Of a stretch of 64,000 nt of DNA, positions 1-12,600 are shown in pieces. The notes under the pieces were generated by a model, which did not search any database, had not been told where the DNA came from, and saw nothing but the letters and a program-made list of their open reading frames with translations. The DNA is from Laetmonice hystrix (lineage: Eukaryota): contig OZ249436.1 of assembly GCA_965235115.1 (NCBI GenBank), positions 5,272,001 through 5,336,000 of the forward strand, read 5' to 3'. Numbering within the stretch: the first letter of the stretch is position 1; every line of letters begins with the position of its first letter. Made by a program: the position numbers and the translations under genes.

Positions 1-100
1 TAGATAAATAGAAGGTCACGTTGTAATGGTATCGTTTATTAAGAGAGAGATGATGACAGAATTACTGAAAACAGCCATGATAATGGTGAGCATCGGTAGC

Positions 101-907
101 ATCAGACTCTGGCTTACTCCAACAAGTCAGAGTCCTAGTCCTTACGTCCATACGGACTCTGACCGTCGAGTACAAATGCGCCAGCGACTGCTATGCTGTC
201 GGGGTTCTATCTCGGTCCTATCGCGCATCATCGCCTCAAAGTCATGTTTCAGACCACTTTTGGCACTGAAACTTGCTGAGAGTACACAAAAGAGGTTACT
301 TCAACAGATACGTAAATGTATTTTGTTGGATGTTATCTTAGTAGGTGAAATTCTCAGTTTGTTTGGTCAAACTCAAATACAGCGCAGCGCGGGTGACGAG
401 CGGTGACCCAGTTTATCGCGTGTGCGTATTTTCGACCTCTACAGTGGATCCGGAACGGACCGCATAAGTAGGTCGCGCTCTGTTCAAGCAGACGCTGTCG
501 CTGACGGCACAGAGTGAAGCTACCCGTTTCGGGTACCAGTAGCGATCTAACTTTTATCAGTTCCCGGTCACTCGGTGCACCGCAGATGGCTGACGGACTT
601 TGGGACCCGACATGCTCGTAAACAACGGGACCGTGTTGACGTTATATTTGTCCAATAATTATAATCAAAGTCGGAATAGAAATTTCAATACCGTGGCTCT
701 CTATAAAAATCGATTTCATACTCCGGGGAAGAAGTTTAGTACCAAAACGAAGGCCGCAAAGTTGCGATAACGGACCTCTTCGCAGTGCGTCCATGAGTCG
801 CTAGGCCAGCGTCACTCGACAACTAAACGGTGTTCTGGAAGACACCGTTTAGAAACTGAACTAACTCTGGCTCTGCCTAGTCTTACTCCAACAAGCCAGA
901 GTCTGAT
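101..907. mobile_element. Putative non-autonomous element with 15-bp inverted ends
   Basis: atcagactctggctt (101-115) is the reverse complement of aagccagagtctgat (893-907). cttactccaacaagYcagagtc is directly repeated near both ends. The interior is CpG-rich relative to the flanks. No TSD found. Confidence 0.4.
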
Positions 908-1529
908 AATCTGATATGTGGTCTGTTGACAACAAACTAGCAGAACAGGGTCTAGGTTCCTGGACTATGCCAAGTCTGTGCCTCTGGCTCTGTCCTGGCT
1001 TGTTAAAGTACCGGGTATAAATTTCCTACTTTACTAGCCCTATCAGATCTGCCCCTGGTTTGTACCTTGCTTTGCCGGCTGGAGCTTGGCTTGGTGCATC
1101 TAGACGGATTTGTTGTGAGCTAGATCAGGATAGCAGATGGACATTGCGAAGTCATCATGACGTCAAACAGTGGTTTTGGAGCAGGCCACGCTTATCATGC
1201 CTCATGTTTACCTACTGGCTGCTGAAACATAAAATGAATTGCAGTGAATATTTTAATTGTAAACTAATTGTCTAATATAAAATTGTTAATCTTATGCAGT
1301 GGTTATTCTGCCAGTGTATAGATGGGTCATGTGACTGCAATACTGGATTCTTATTGGATGATATCTGATGGCAGAATAGCGGATTATCTAATCTTAATTA
1401 GTGGATAATTAACAACAATTTTGGGACTAAACTAACACTAACCCTAGGCCTAACTTTAACCCTAACCCAACATAGCGTTTCGTGTTGGTAGGCCTACTAA
1501 GTCAAACTAATTTATATATTCTGACATCT

Positions 1530-2394
1530 CAGCCCTCGACATTAAGCACTAAATCACTGGCCCGGCCCGATTTTTCATGTACCGGGCCAGTCCGGGCCAG
1601 TAATTTTTGTTAATCACTGGCCCGACCAGGCCAGTAACTTTTGTAAATCTCTCTCACGATCAAATACTTTCCAAATGCTCCAAATACTCCCACAATCATG
1701 ATCTTTAGCAGCACTTAGTAGGAGTACCTTCTCTGCTCCGGGCATTTTAACTGAGGTCGTAGTAATGTCAACGCGTGCATTAAAAATTCAGGCTGCTTCT
1801 TACGTCTGTATGCATGTGGGATTGTCTTCTGCTATGATTCACTGGACTGGACGCTTACTTTTTTTGTGCCACGCTCTTGTGATGATCTTGTCATCTGCTA
1901 CAAGGACACGCAGGGCCAGTAACTTTCATTTTCTACTGGCCCTGTCAGGGCTTCAGATAATATTTTAAGGTAGGGAGTTTTTGAATCCTCTTTTTTCAGG
2001 TTGCGTATTGTACTACCCATCCTCAACAAGTGTTGCGTATTTGACTTCCAGTCAACTGACCTGCATGTGTTTGCTAATGCTGGGAACAACTGAAAGTGAC
2101 AACTTATAGTATTGTCCAGTTGGCACCCATGTGTCCAGCTGTTGGCACCCAGCCAGCGCTTGCTGACCACTGCAGACCATTAGAAGCCCCCTCCCAACCA
2201 TATTTGACTCTCAGGGCAGAAGGACTCAGCATATGGAAAGCTTTTATTACCCAATACTGATGCGTTTTTGACGATAGGGTCTTCAAAATTACTGCGTATT
2301 TTCACTACTTCAGTGCGTAAATACGCAAATACGCACCTTATCTGAAGCCCTGCCTTGTGGGCCAGTACATCAAAATGCTTATTGTTGAGGGCTG
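1530..2394. mobile_element. hAT-like MITE (outer), 5-bp TSD
   Basis: TIR cagccctcgacattaagc / gcttattgttgagggctg; catct on both flanks (1525-1529, 2395-2399); subterminal actggccc/gggccagt repeats. Confidence 0.75.
1946..2352. mobile_element. hAT-like MITE nested in the 1530-2394 element
   Basis: Perfect 15-bp TIR cagggcttcagataa / ttatctgaagccctg; flanks ccctgt / ccttgt; internal ttgcgtatt repeats. Confidence 0.75.
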
Positions 2395-5300
2395 CATCTG
2401 ATGGTAGAATAACCGCTGCGTTAATCTTAGGCCACATAAAACAATAAAGTTGGTGGTCACCCCTACCTGACCTTGGAAAGCAGCCAAGGCCCAGATTTAA
2501 AAAAAAATGTATTTAAAAAAAAAACTCAAAAAATGTGGGAAACATGTGCCAGAAGGGCACTGATATTTGAATACAATGCATTTCTGTGCTTTCAAACCCG
2601 TTCGTTCCTTGCGGAGGCATACATGATACATTGTCGGAACCATTCAGCAAGAGCCACCATTGTGATGGATGGCTCTCGGCAGTATCTTCCACATGCAGTA
2701 TGAGGGAACATATTTGGGTAAGAGTCAGTTACCCAAAAAAACGGGGAATACAACGTGACTGGATGTAAAGGAAAGACCAATTACAGACGGTGTTAGTTTG
2801 GCATAAACCCTCGAGTAATCATGCCATTCTTTGGGGGGGCTGAGTGAAACATATCAGTCTTGTGAGTTGTGACCCCTGCTGAGTAGCAGATATTCGGTTC
2901 ACCATGACTGGGCAATCATCACCTGGTCCTGGGTTAAAATCTGCATCAATCTGTGTGTAAATTGTATCTAGGAGACAGCCGGACTCATGGTCAGGGGCTG
3001 TTTCGGACTCACGGACTCCCATCGAAATTGACCCCTGCAAATACTCATTATAATTGGCTATGTACAGTTTTAATTTATGGTTAAAACGTATGGTGACAGA
3101 GAACAGTCTTCTACAGCTCATTTTATATATATATTTTTAATTATTTAAAAAAATTTAAATATATTTTATACTTATTATACATGTATATTTAAAAGGCTGC
3201 TGAATATTATCCAAATAAGTTAGATTTTTTGTGAAATATTAAAAGTTAAAATCATATGCAACAATTTTTCTAATTGTCACAGATCTCTAAATATGAAATT
3301 AAGATACCAAAAGTACATTTTATAAATGTCAAATGGAAAAGAAAAGAAAAGACATTGCCTAAAGGTTTAAGCTCCGCATTTGATAAGTGAAAAATAAACA
3401 GATTATACCTCAAATATATTTTGAGCTGTATTGCACAGTAGGCCTAGATGATGATTAAATTCTGCTGGAATAGTATTTGTCAAATCTATCCATAAATTAT
3501 ATAATTGCTCCAAAAATAATCTGGATTTTGCCCCAAGGATGAGATGGATGGCTTTGGGACAGCTACTTCAGATAGCCAGTACTTAAAGAAACATGGTGAC
3601 CTAGAACGATCGTATGACAGGTAATAGTCACTCTGAATCATGAGGTAAGTTAATTTCCGAGGTTGAAGATTGCATGTAGAGGGGTAAAAATAAAGGATAA
3701 AACTCATGTTAAAATAGAGAAACTTGTATTGGACGAGGCGGCAAGTGATGCAGCCTGAGATAAAAAGCTTGGTGGACTGCCAGCTTCCCAGCTGAGTGAC
3801 GAAAAGTTGAATTTTTCTACCCTGCAATGCATAGTACCAGCCAGCAACAAGCATTATGGTACCAACGACTAATATTATACTAGTATACTGAGAACAGAAT
3901 GACCCCAGATGTTTTCATGCTGTATGTCCTACAGTCATTATCCAAGGTTCTTTTTTATTCTTACGCAGTATAAACTTTTTTCTTTCCACCTCATTTCTCA
4001 ATGGCATACAAGAACACAGGTTAGTTTACTGGTCAAGACTAAACCATGGAACATTGGTCACTGGCAGAGGGGTCCTAAAAACAGCATTTGACCCACTTTT
4101 ATTGATATGCTAATCATTTTAGTGCTGACTTGTCAGGTTGCTGGGTTAGATCACTGACCCTCCACCCCCTGTACTAATACTGCAGCTGTGCAACTTCCCA
4201 TGGCCTACATAGAATGGCACCATCCATTTGGGACAGAGGGTGGGCCCTCACGCAGTGTTTGTATTGTAACCTGTATATGGCGCTACAACCGCCTGTATTG
4301 TGTAGGCATTTCTGGAGTGGGTTAGACCATTGTGTAGTCCACTACTGAAATATCTTTGATCACATGCACTTGGCCTGTGCCACATGGTCCTCAAAACGGC
4401 AGTCTACATTATAATGGAGATAGTGCAGCAGGTATCGCCACATCAGGACTGTTCATGTTTCTGATCCTCCATGTGTCAGAAACACGATCCCAGCAGTATT
4501 TCTTCTGTTAGCTAATACGTAAAGGGAAAGACACCAATGGATATCAGAGTTGGAATCGTAGAAGTTGGAAGCAGTTTATCAGACTTTATCCAGCTCCATA
4601 TCGGGCAGCTTTTTTCCCTTGGATCCCTCGGAAGCATTCTGCAAGAGATACGTACAAATCAAGGCTGACATTGAAACATCTGGAATCTTGATCAGCGGCA
4701 AACACGTGGAGTTGATGAGTGGTGATTGGATACATACCCAATGTGTGCGGATAAGTTTGTCCCCTACCATCATGAGTACGCACCACTGCCGGTCAATGAC
4801 CTGGACTACTTCCCTGACTGCACAAACAAGTTTGGACAGCTCCCATGGGAAGATCTCATGTAGGAACCTTCTCATTTAGTTGCCAGTCGTAAGATTCTTT
4901 CATTGTGTCAAAAAGTCCATGCATGAAATTGCACATGTATATTTTACGTACATGTTTGTGTAAAGGTTACCAAAGTTACACACAAAATCTTAATTTCCAC
5001 ACAAAGAGATGCGTGCGTTTCCACGTTCATGGAAAGCAAATCAAGCAAATGGAAAGCAAGGGTAATATTTCAATTTATATTTGATCCCTTTCACATTTTA
5101 AACTGTCTGCCCCAGCTGTGCAGCATAATTTACAGGCAGACACATATAAATTTATGTGCACAACTGGTAATTTCCACCCACAGATGTCCAGCAAAGTAGG
5201 TCGTGGGTCATGAGGTATGTGTTAATCTAGCACTTGTAGCATAGGTAGGCATTTGTAGCTGCACAGACTGAAACTGATGAGGAAGATGTTGAGTATGGGG

Positions 5301-6395
5301 ATGAACTGTGCCAGCTGTTACCTCCAATCATGACACATTATGATGATAGGTACATTAGGTATTGGATCAGTAAAACTAACTACGAATTTATTTCCATTTT
5401 TGTGATGGCCTTACTGGTTAACGTGTGTGCTGTGTCAACCAAGTCTCTAAAACCATTTGTAACTAAAACTGCTCTCTCATGCTGTAATTTGTAAATACCG
5501 GCGGTATTGTCTGGATATCACAAAACTGAGCCTACTCTGTCAACTCCACCGTGTGAATGCCAAATTAAAGTTTAAAAGAAAAAAATTGAAACTGGAATTT
5601 GGATATAGATACAGGGGATAATTTACTTCAGAAGAATTGATTCGCAGTGACTGCTACTCAGAAGGGATTTAAATAGCAATTCATTGCAAACCATACTGAG
5701 ATAGATCATTAGCTAATTTGAAGAGACTATGTTTTTCCTTTTCTATTAAGGTTGTTTTTTAAGCTTATTTAACTGCAAGAAGATTTCAAGTTAAAGTAGC
5801 ATGAGACCATTGGTACGAGATTGGTAGGTGAAAGTCAAAATCCACTGGGTGAATACTACTCAGTGACGGGCTCGCCGAGTCGTCATACTAATTCAGTAAT
5901 TGTAGAAGTTAACTGTAGAAGTTAACTGTAATGCTAATGTAATAATTGATGCATGGTTTCTATCAGATATTGATTGCTTTGTGTTGAATTGAAAGAAATC
6001 TGGTGTTGCCTAGTCTAGATAGTAATTTGTCTTCCGAATAATCTTATAAATGTCAGTCACTGACCCTGTAGCCGATTCTAGTTGCTTGTCCTTCAATCAG
6101 TTAGATCTTCTCTTCGATGAATCCCCAGAAGGGATATGTATGAATGGGATTTTGATGGAGAGCTGCCAGAAAGTCATGCAAATGGCCAGAGCTAACTGGG
6201 AACCTGACCTTTGGAGAATTTTGACCTCAGGGACTCCATTGAACACTTTCCTTTCTCAAACTTTGGTCACACATTGACAGAAAGAGGAGAACGTTGCCTC
6301 GACACTGATTATATTGATCACACACTTGGTGACTGGAAGAACCTTTGATTGTTTTGAAAGTATTCAGCGTTGACCTGTGTACTCATTGGTTTCAG

Positions 6396-6636
6396 GGGGA
6401 TGACCGTGACCTCGGGAAGTGTGTCCCTGAGAAAGGATACTCAGAACTTGATTGGTATCAGTATAGGTGGTGGCGCCCCACTCTGTCCCTGTCTCTACGT
6501 CGTCCAGATCTTTGACAACACTCCAGCAGCCAAGGATGCGACGTTGGCAGGTGGCGATGAGATCGTGGGTGTCAATGGCCAGTCAGTTAAAGGTCGCACC
6601 AAGGTCGAAGTGGCCAGGATGATCCAATCAGTCAAG
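6396..6636 (+). CDS. PICK1: PICK1 exon, PDZ domain
   Basis: Acceptor tttcag|G at 6395/6396 (phase 2), donor AAG|gtaaga; encodes NLIGISIGGG and CPC motifs. Confidence 0.96.
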
Positions 6637-9600
6637 GTAAGAGACTGGGAATTTAAAAGTAAGAAAATATTGTAATTGAAACCTGGTATTTGAAATCAAT
6701 TTGTAATCAATCAAAGTCATGTGCAGGGTTGTTTATTTTCAGACCGGAGAAGTGATTATCAATTACAACAAACTTCATGCTGACCCCAAACAAGGAAAGA
6801 CCCTAGATATAGGTAGGTACAACAAGTGAGGTATTGTGCATAGGGCACACACAGCTGACACAAGTCATGTATGATCATGACAATTGGAGGTAAAGTAACA
6901 AACAAACAAAAAGAGAATTGGTGCATAGTTAGTAATAAAAGGCAGGGAAATACGATGTGAGAACTGTCACTCGTGCAAAATAATGTTTCCCTTTATATAA
7001 ATAGTATGCATTTTTTTATCTTCAGGTTTCATGAGAGTTTTAAAAATCAGGTCTTTTTATGCAGTTGGTTGATCTTCTATTTCAGTGCTGAAGAAGGTGA
7101 AGCACCGAGTAGTGGAGTCGATGAGCTCTGGCACAGCTGACGCATTGGGCTTGAGCAGGGCCATCCTCTGTAATGATGGTTTGGTGCGTAAATTGGAAGA
7201 ACTGGAAAAGACGGCAGGCATGTACAAGGGGCTGATGGAGCACACCAAGAAATTACTGAAGGCATTCTTTGAGCTCTCACAGGCACACAAAGGTATGCAT
7301 TCTAGGCACAGACGATATAACACTAGTCAAGTTGATCAGTCTACTTTCAGTGATGTAATTTTAAGGTACTGTTAGTAATTTTTGTTGTATTCAGAAGTGT
7401 ATACACTACAGATAATAACAGAATTTTTGTATTGTTATTTACTCTAAGGAAAGTTCAATTTTCGAAAATTTTCAAGACACGTTCCCTTAAGAATAGTAAT
7501 GTTATTACTTTAATTATTCTACAATGAAGTGTATATATGGATATCAGTTCTGGATAAAACGATTAACTTTGACAAGATCTGTGCCATGTTTACTGACCAG
7601 AAAGAACTGATATTGAAAAACCATGGAGATATCATTAAGTTACTGGCATGTAAGCCAGACTATTGTCATCAAGTGGGGACTTCCTGGTGTCATTGTTGTC
7701 GGTCAGTGTCACATGGTAAATCTATTGTACAGCTCTAAAATACCCTCCCTATCTCGGCTTGTTGTCACAAACGTAGTGGGTTTTGAAATGTATGTAAACT
7801 ACAAGAAACATTTGATTTGGAATAAGCTTGAAATTTAATATTAATTTATTTTGGGTGAATTTATTCACTTATTGCAGCATACAAATATAAGAAGTAGAAG
7901 TGTTTATTTGAATTGTAAAAATGTTGGACATGTTTTTAGTCCCCAATGTGCATGAGGTACATAAGTAAACCGGTCCTGGTCCCAAGGTTACTTCTCCAGT
8001 TCCTGGTCTCTGTTGTCAAGGTTACCTGTCTGGTTATCTTGACAGGTCCTGGACCCTGTTGCCAAGGTTACCTGTCTGGTTATCTTGACAGGTCCTGGAC
8101 CCTGTTGTCAAGGTTACCCGTCTGGTTCCTGGTCCCTGTTGCCAAGGTTACCTGTCTGGTTACCTTGACAGGTTCTGGACCCTGTTGCCAAGGTTACCTG
8201 TCTGGTTACCTTGACAGGTTCTGGACCCTGTTGCCAAGGTTACCTGTCTGGTTACCTTGTTCTGGACCCTGTTGCCAAGGTTACCTGTCTGGTTACCTTG
8301 ACAGGTTCTGGACCCTGTTGCCAAGGTTACCTGTCTGGTTACCTTGACAGGTTCTGGACCCTGTTGCCAAGGTTACCTGTCTGGTTACCTTGACAGGTTC
8401 TGGACCCTGTTGCCAAGGTTACCTGTCTGGTTACCTTGTTCTGGACCCTGTTGCCAAGGTTACCTGTCTGGTTACCTTGACAGGTTCTGGACCCTGTTGC
8501 CAAGGTTACCTGTCTGGTTACCTTGACAGGTTCTGGACCCTGTTGCCAAGGTTACCTGTCTGGTTACCTTGACAGGTTCTGGACCCTGTTGCCAAGGTTA
8601 CCTGTCTGGTTACCTTGACAGGTCCTGGTCCCTGTTGCCAAGGTTACCTGTCTGGTTACCTTGACAGGTTCTGGACCCTGTTGCCAAGGTTACCTTTCTG
8701 GTTACCTTGACAGGTTCTGGTCTCTGTTGCTAAGGTTACCTTTACGTTTAGTATTAAGGTATTCATTGCATGATGACGCCCACTCATTCCCGCATTATGA
8801 TATTGGGTGTACCTGTGATCCTCGTGCACTCTCTCTGTCTACATCAGGGTGGATTTCCCATGGTAACTAGCACAGAACCAAACAACCTACCATTTTATAA
8901 CAAGAGCTGACCTTATTATGTTACCATGGGGGATCGTGTATGTATCTGTGGTTGCCTTATCCCTCTCTTCCAGCCTTTGGAGACGTGTTCTTTGCTATTG
9001 GTGTACGTGAACCCCAGCCCAACGCCAGCGGAGCATTCACTCAGTTTGGTGAGGCTCACCGGGAGATTGAACGCTATGCAATCCGCATGCTCAAAACTTG
9101 CAAACCTGTAAGTGAATGTTGACCAGCCATTGGTCATAGCCTGTCTCAGAGATAGACCCTTGATGTAGTATGTGTCTGGTTGGCTGCTCACAATTTTCAC
9201 CCAGCCCCCATTTAAGTAAAAGTTTTTTTGGTATTGTATGAAGTATCATCCTGGCTATTCACAGAGTTAACTTAGGGTCATGGGATGTCATATGGTGGCC
9301 AGCCAATCAGACACGTATAGTAGAGAACATATAATCTCACACACTCTGCACACGTCAAGGCAGTGATGCAAATAACCCCTGCCCGCCCGCCCACCCACCC
9401 GGCCAACATACTGCCTGATGGAAAAGGCCTCGTTCTTCTGGAGCTTTGGTTGTTTTCTCTTACACCCACCACAGTACAACACTGCATGTGGATTTCAAAC
9501 AAGCACGTTTTGGTTTGATCAGCCCCCAACTGGCAGATGGTGGATTTCGGCATTCAGGAATAAAAGAATGATTTTTAGTACAGAACTAATACATTTACCG

Positions 9601-12600
9601 CCTGAGTCTAGTTTGGGGCTGTGTCGCTTTTATATTTCAGTTTGCTTATGTTACAAAAATTGCCTGGTTAGGCTGAAGTTATGTGAACGAGGGCTCCACT
9701 TCTGGCATATTAATGTACTTTCAGAATTTGGAGAGGTATTTGCAGCCATAGGGGTGCGGGAACCACAGCCGAGTGCCAGCAAAGCCTTCAGCGTTTTCGG
9801 AGAGGCACACAGGCAGATAGAACGTTATGCCATCAGCATGCTCAGAACCTGCCGGCCTGTAAGTCTACAATGTGTGGACCGAGTGACTCACCTTAAGGCC
9901 GCATACTCCCACTCAAAGAATTAGAAGAGTTTTTATTTACGTTTTGAACCTTGTGAATCCTGAGCTCCCCAATCCAATCAACTCTATCCTGTCCAAATAG
10001 CAGGAGGCCCAGCCACCCTTTCCTGACCTGTTCATGAGACCCAGCCACCCTTTCCTAACCTTATAAAACCTGACCTGTCCAGGAGACCCAGCCACCCTTT
10101 CCTAACCTTATAAAACCTGACCTGTCCAGGAGGCCCAGCCACCCTTTCCTAACCTTATAAAACCTGCCCTGTCCAGGAGGAGACCCAGCCACCCTTTCCT
10201 AACCTTATAAAACCTGACCTGTCCAGGAGGAGACACAGCCACCCTTTCCTAACCTTATAAAACCTGACCTGTCCAGGAGACCCAGCCACCCTTTCCTAAC
10301 CTTATAAAACCTGACCTGTCCAGGAGGCCCAGCCACCCTTTCCTAACCTTATAAAACTTGACCTGTCAAGGAGGAGACCCAGCCACCCTTTCCTAACCTT
10401 ATAAAACCTGACCTGTCCAGGAGGAGACCCAGCCACCCTTTCCTAACCTTATAAAACCTGACCTGTCCAGGAGACCCAGCCACCCTTTCCTAACCTTATA
10501 AAACCTGACCTGTCAAGGAGGAGACCCAGCCACCCTTTCCTAACCTTATAAAACCTGACCTGTCCAGGAGGAGACCCAGCCACCCTTTCCTAACCTTATA
10601 AAACCTGACCTGTCCAGGAGACCCAGCCACCCTTTCCTAACCTTATAAAACCTGACCTGTCCAGGAGACCCAGCCACCCTTTCCTAACCTTATAAAACCT
10701 GACCTGTCCAGGAGGAGACCCAGCCACCCTTTCTTAACCTTATAAAACTTGACCTGTCCAGGAGGAGACCCAGCCACCCTTTCCTAACCTTATAAAACCT
10801 GACCTGTCCAGGAGGAGACCCAGCCACCCTTTCCTAACCTTATAAAACCTGACCTGTCCAGGAGGCCCAGCCACCCTTTCCTAACCTTATAAAACCTGAC
10901 CTGTCCAGGAGGAGACCCAGCCACCCTTTCCTAACCTTATAAAACCTGACCTGTCCAGGAGACCCAGCCACCCTTTCCTAACCTTATAAAACCTGACCTG
11001 TCCAGGAGGAGACCCAGCCACCCTTTCCTAACCTTATAAAACCTGACCTGTCCAGGAGGAGACCCAGCCACCCTTTCCTAACCTTATAAAACCTGACCTG
11101 TCCAGGAGGACACACAGCCACCCTTTCCTAACCTTATAAAACCTGACCTGTCCAGGAGGAGACACAGCCACCCTTTCCTAACCTTATAAAACCTGACCGT
11201 GAAATTGGTCCTGTGTAGATCAAATGAGCAAAAAATCAAAAGCCCAGTGGCATTAATATTAGAATTGCTAGATCTTGTGACTAAGTTCTGCACATTCTTA
11301 GCTTATGTAGAGCAAATGTCAGTTAACCATAAATCACGCGGTGCTGGTACATTGAACACATAGGCAGTAGGTTAGTGCTTACTAACAGGGGCACTGCTAG
11401 TGTTGTAGGTATAGTTAATGCCTTACTTACACATATATCATGTTATGAGGGAATATGAGAGGCCAACAGCATACAGCAGATATCCTACTGGTTAAGAAAA
11501 ATCTGGTGCAAAAAAAGGCAGGAAAGAGGTGCATTTTCAAAGGTTTTTCATGATTGCTTATATCGTTGGATCTTTACCATTTTATATGTGAGCAGGTAGT
11601 AATCCTAGAAGTATGGATGTAAGAGTCTAATGACACGCAGGAAACAATACGGCAGAACAGTTGCCTAATATGGACCGTATTATTTACAAGTAGACAGGAA
11701 TTTGGTCATCTTTTTGAAAAATAAATGTGGACGTTGGCCTGGTACTATTTAAATATCTTACAGTTACAGTACAATGCTTGAGTAATACGTGTACATGCTT
11801 CATTTAGTTTATATACCAGGTAGCTTCCGTTGGGAGTATTAAACGTGAACAACAGGCCATCGCCTGAGGCTGGCGACATGAAGACATTCATAGGCGTAAG
11901 AGCCTGGGGGAAGTCCCCCCCCCCCCCAATTCAGTCAAAACTGAGGAAAATTCGGGCAAGGCAAAAAGAAAAAAAATCGGACAGCATTTTCGGGCAAATG
12001 AACCCCCATGAAGACATTTGTCATATTATACGTTCAGACTATCTGACGTTCGAGTTCATGTCTTTTCAATTACCACACGGGTGGGGGCATCGTTTCCTGG
12101 GGACTTGTATAGATATGTGAATATTCAGGGAAAGTCACATTAATGGAAAATAACCTCAATTAAGTATTTCTCCCCCTTGTGCCTCTAAAAATGTGTCTTT
12201 GAGGAGTTCTGCCCAAAGGCAAGGTGTTTGCTTTGGATATAAGTGTGACCTTGTTTTCAGATGATTAGTGACCTCAACACGTATCTGAACAAAGCTGTCC
12301 CCGACACGAGGCTCACCATCAAAAAGTACCTGGACGCTAAGTTTGAATACCTGGTGAGACACATTTAGAATACTCTGATCAAACTAACAGGGTTCGTGTT
12401 ATAGGCCCTGTCACACCTTGCTGGATAGCATAAATGGATCATCTCCGTTTGCATGCATTTCTTGACCGTTTCTCGTTCGCCAAATGCGTTCCTTGTCAGG
12501 CGAAGTCTGTTCAATCCAGAGAAACGCCTGAGGGCATCGAGTAGCAACGGAGACGACTTTCACCACCGGATGGTTAATTTTTACCAAGTTTCTCTCCGTC

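Noticed and set aside
1425..1470. CCCTAA-like telomeric words
   Set aside because: Only a few degenerate units; not a telomere array.
4565..4879. Overlapping ~100-aa ORFs upstream of the PDZ exon
   Set aside because: No recognisable domain or splice-compatible link to PICK1; at most a decayed fragment.
5274..5300. ctgatga hammerhead-like core
   Set aside because: No downstream GAAA or supporting stems.
7946..8870. Cys/Trp-rich repetitive ORFs
   Set aside because: Translations of the 46-bp intronic minisatellite.
11889..12000. cataggcgta...ggggg/ccccc hAT-like end with ttcgggcaa repeats
   Set aside because: Only one end is visible; no partner TIR or TSD to define an element.
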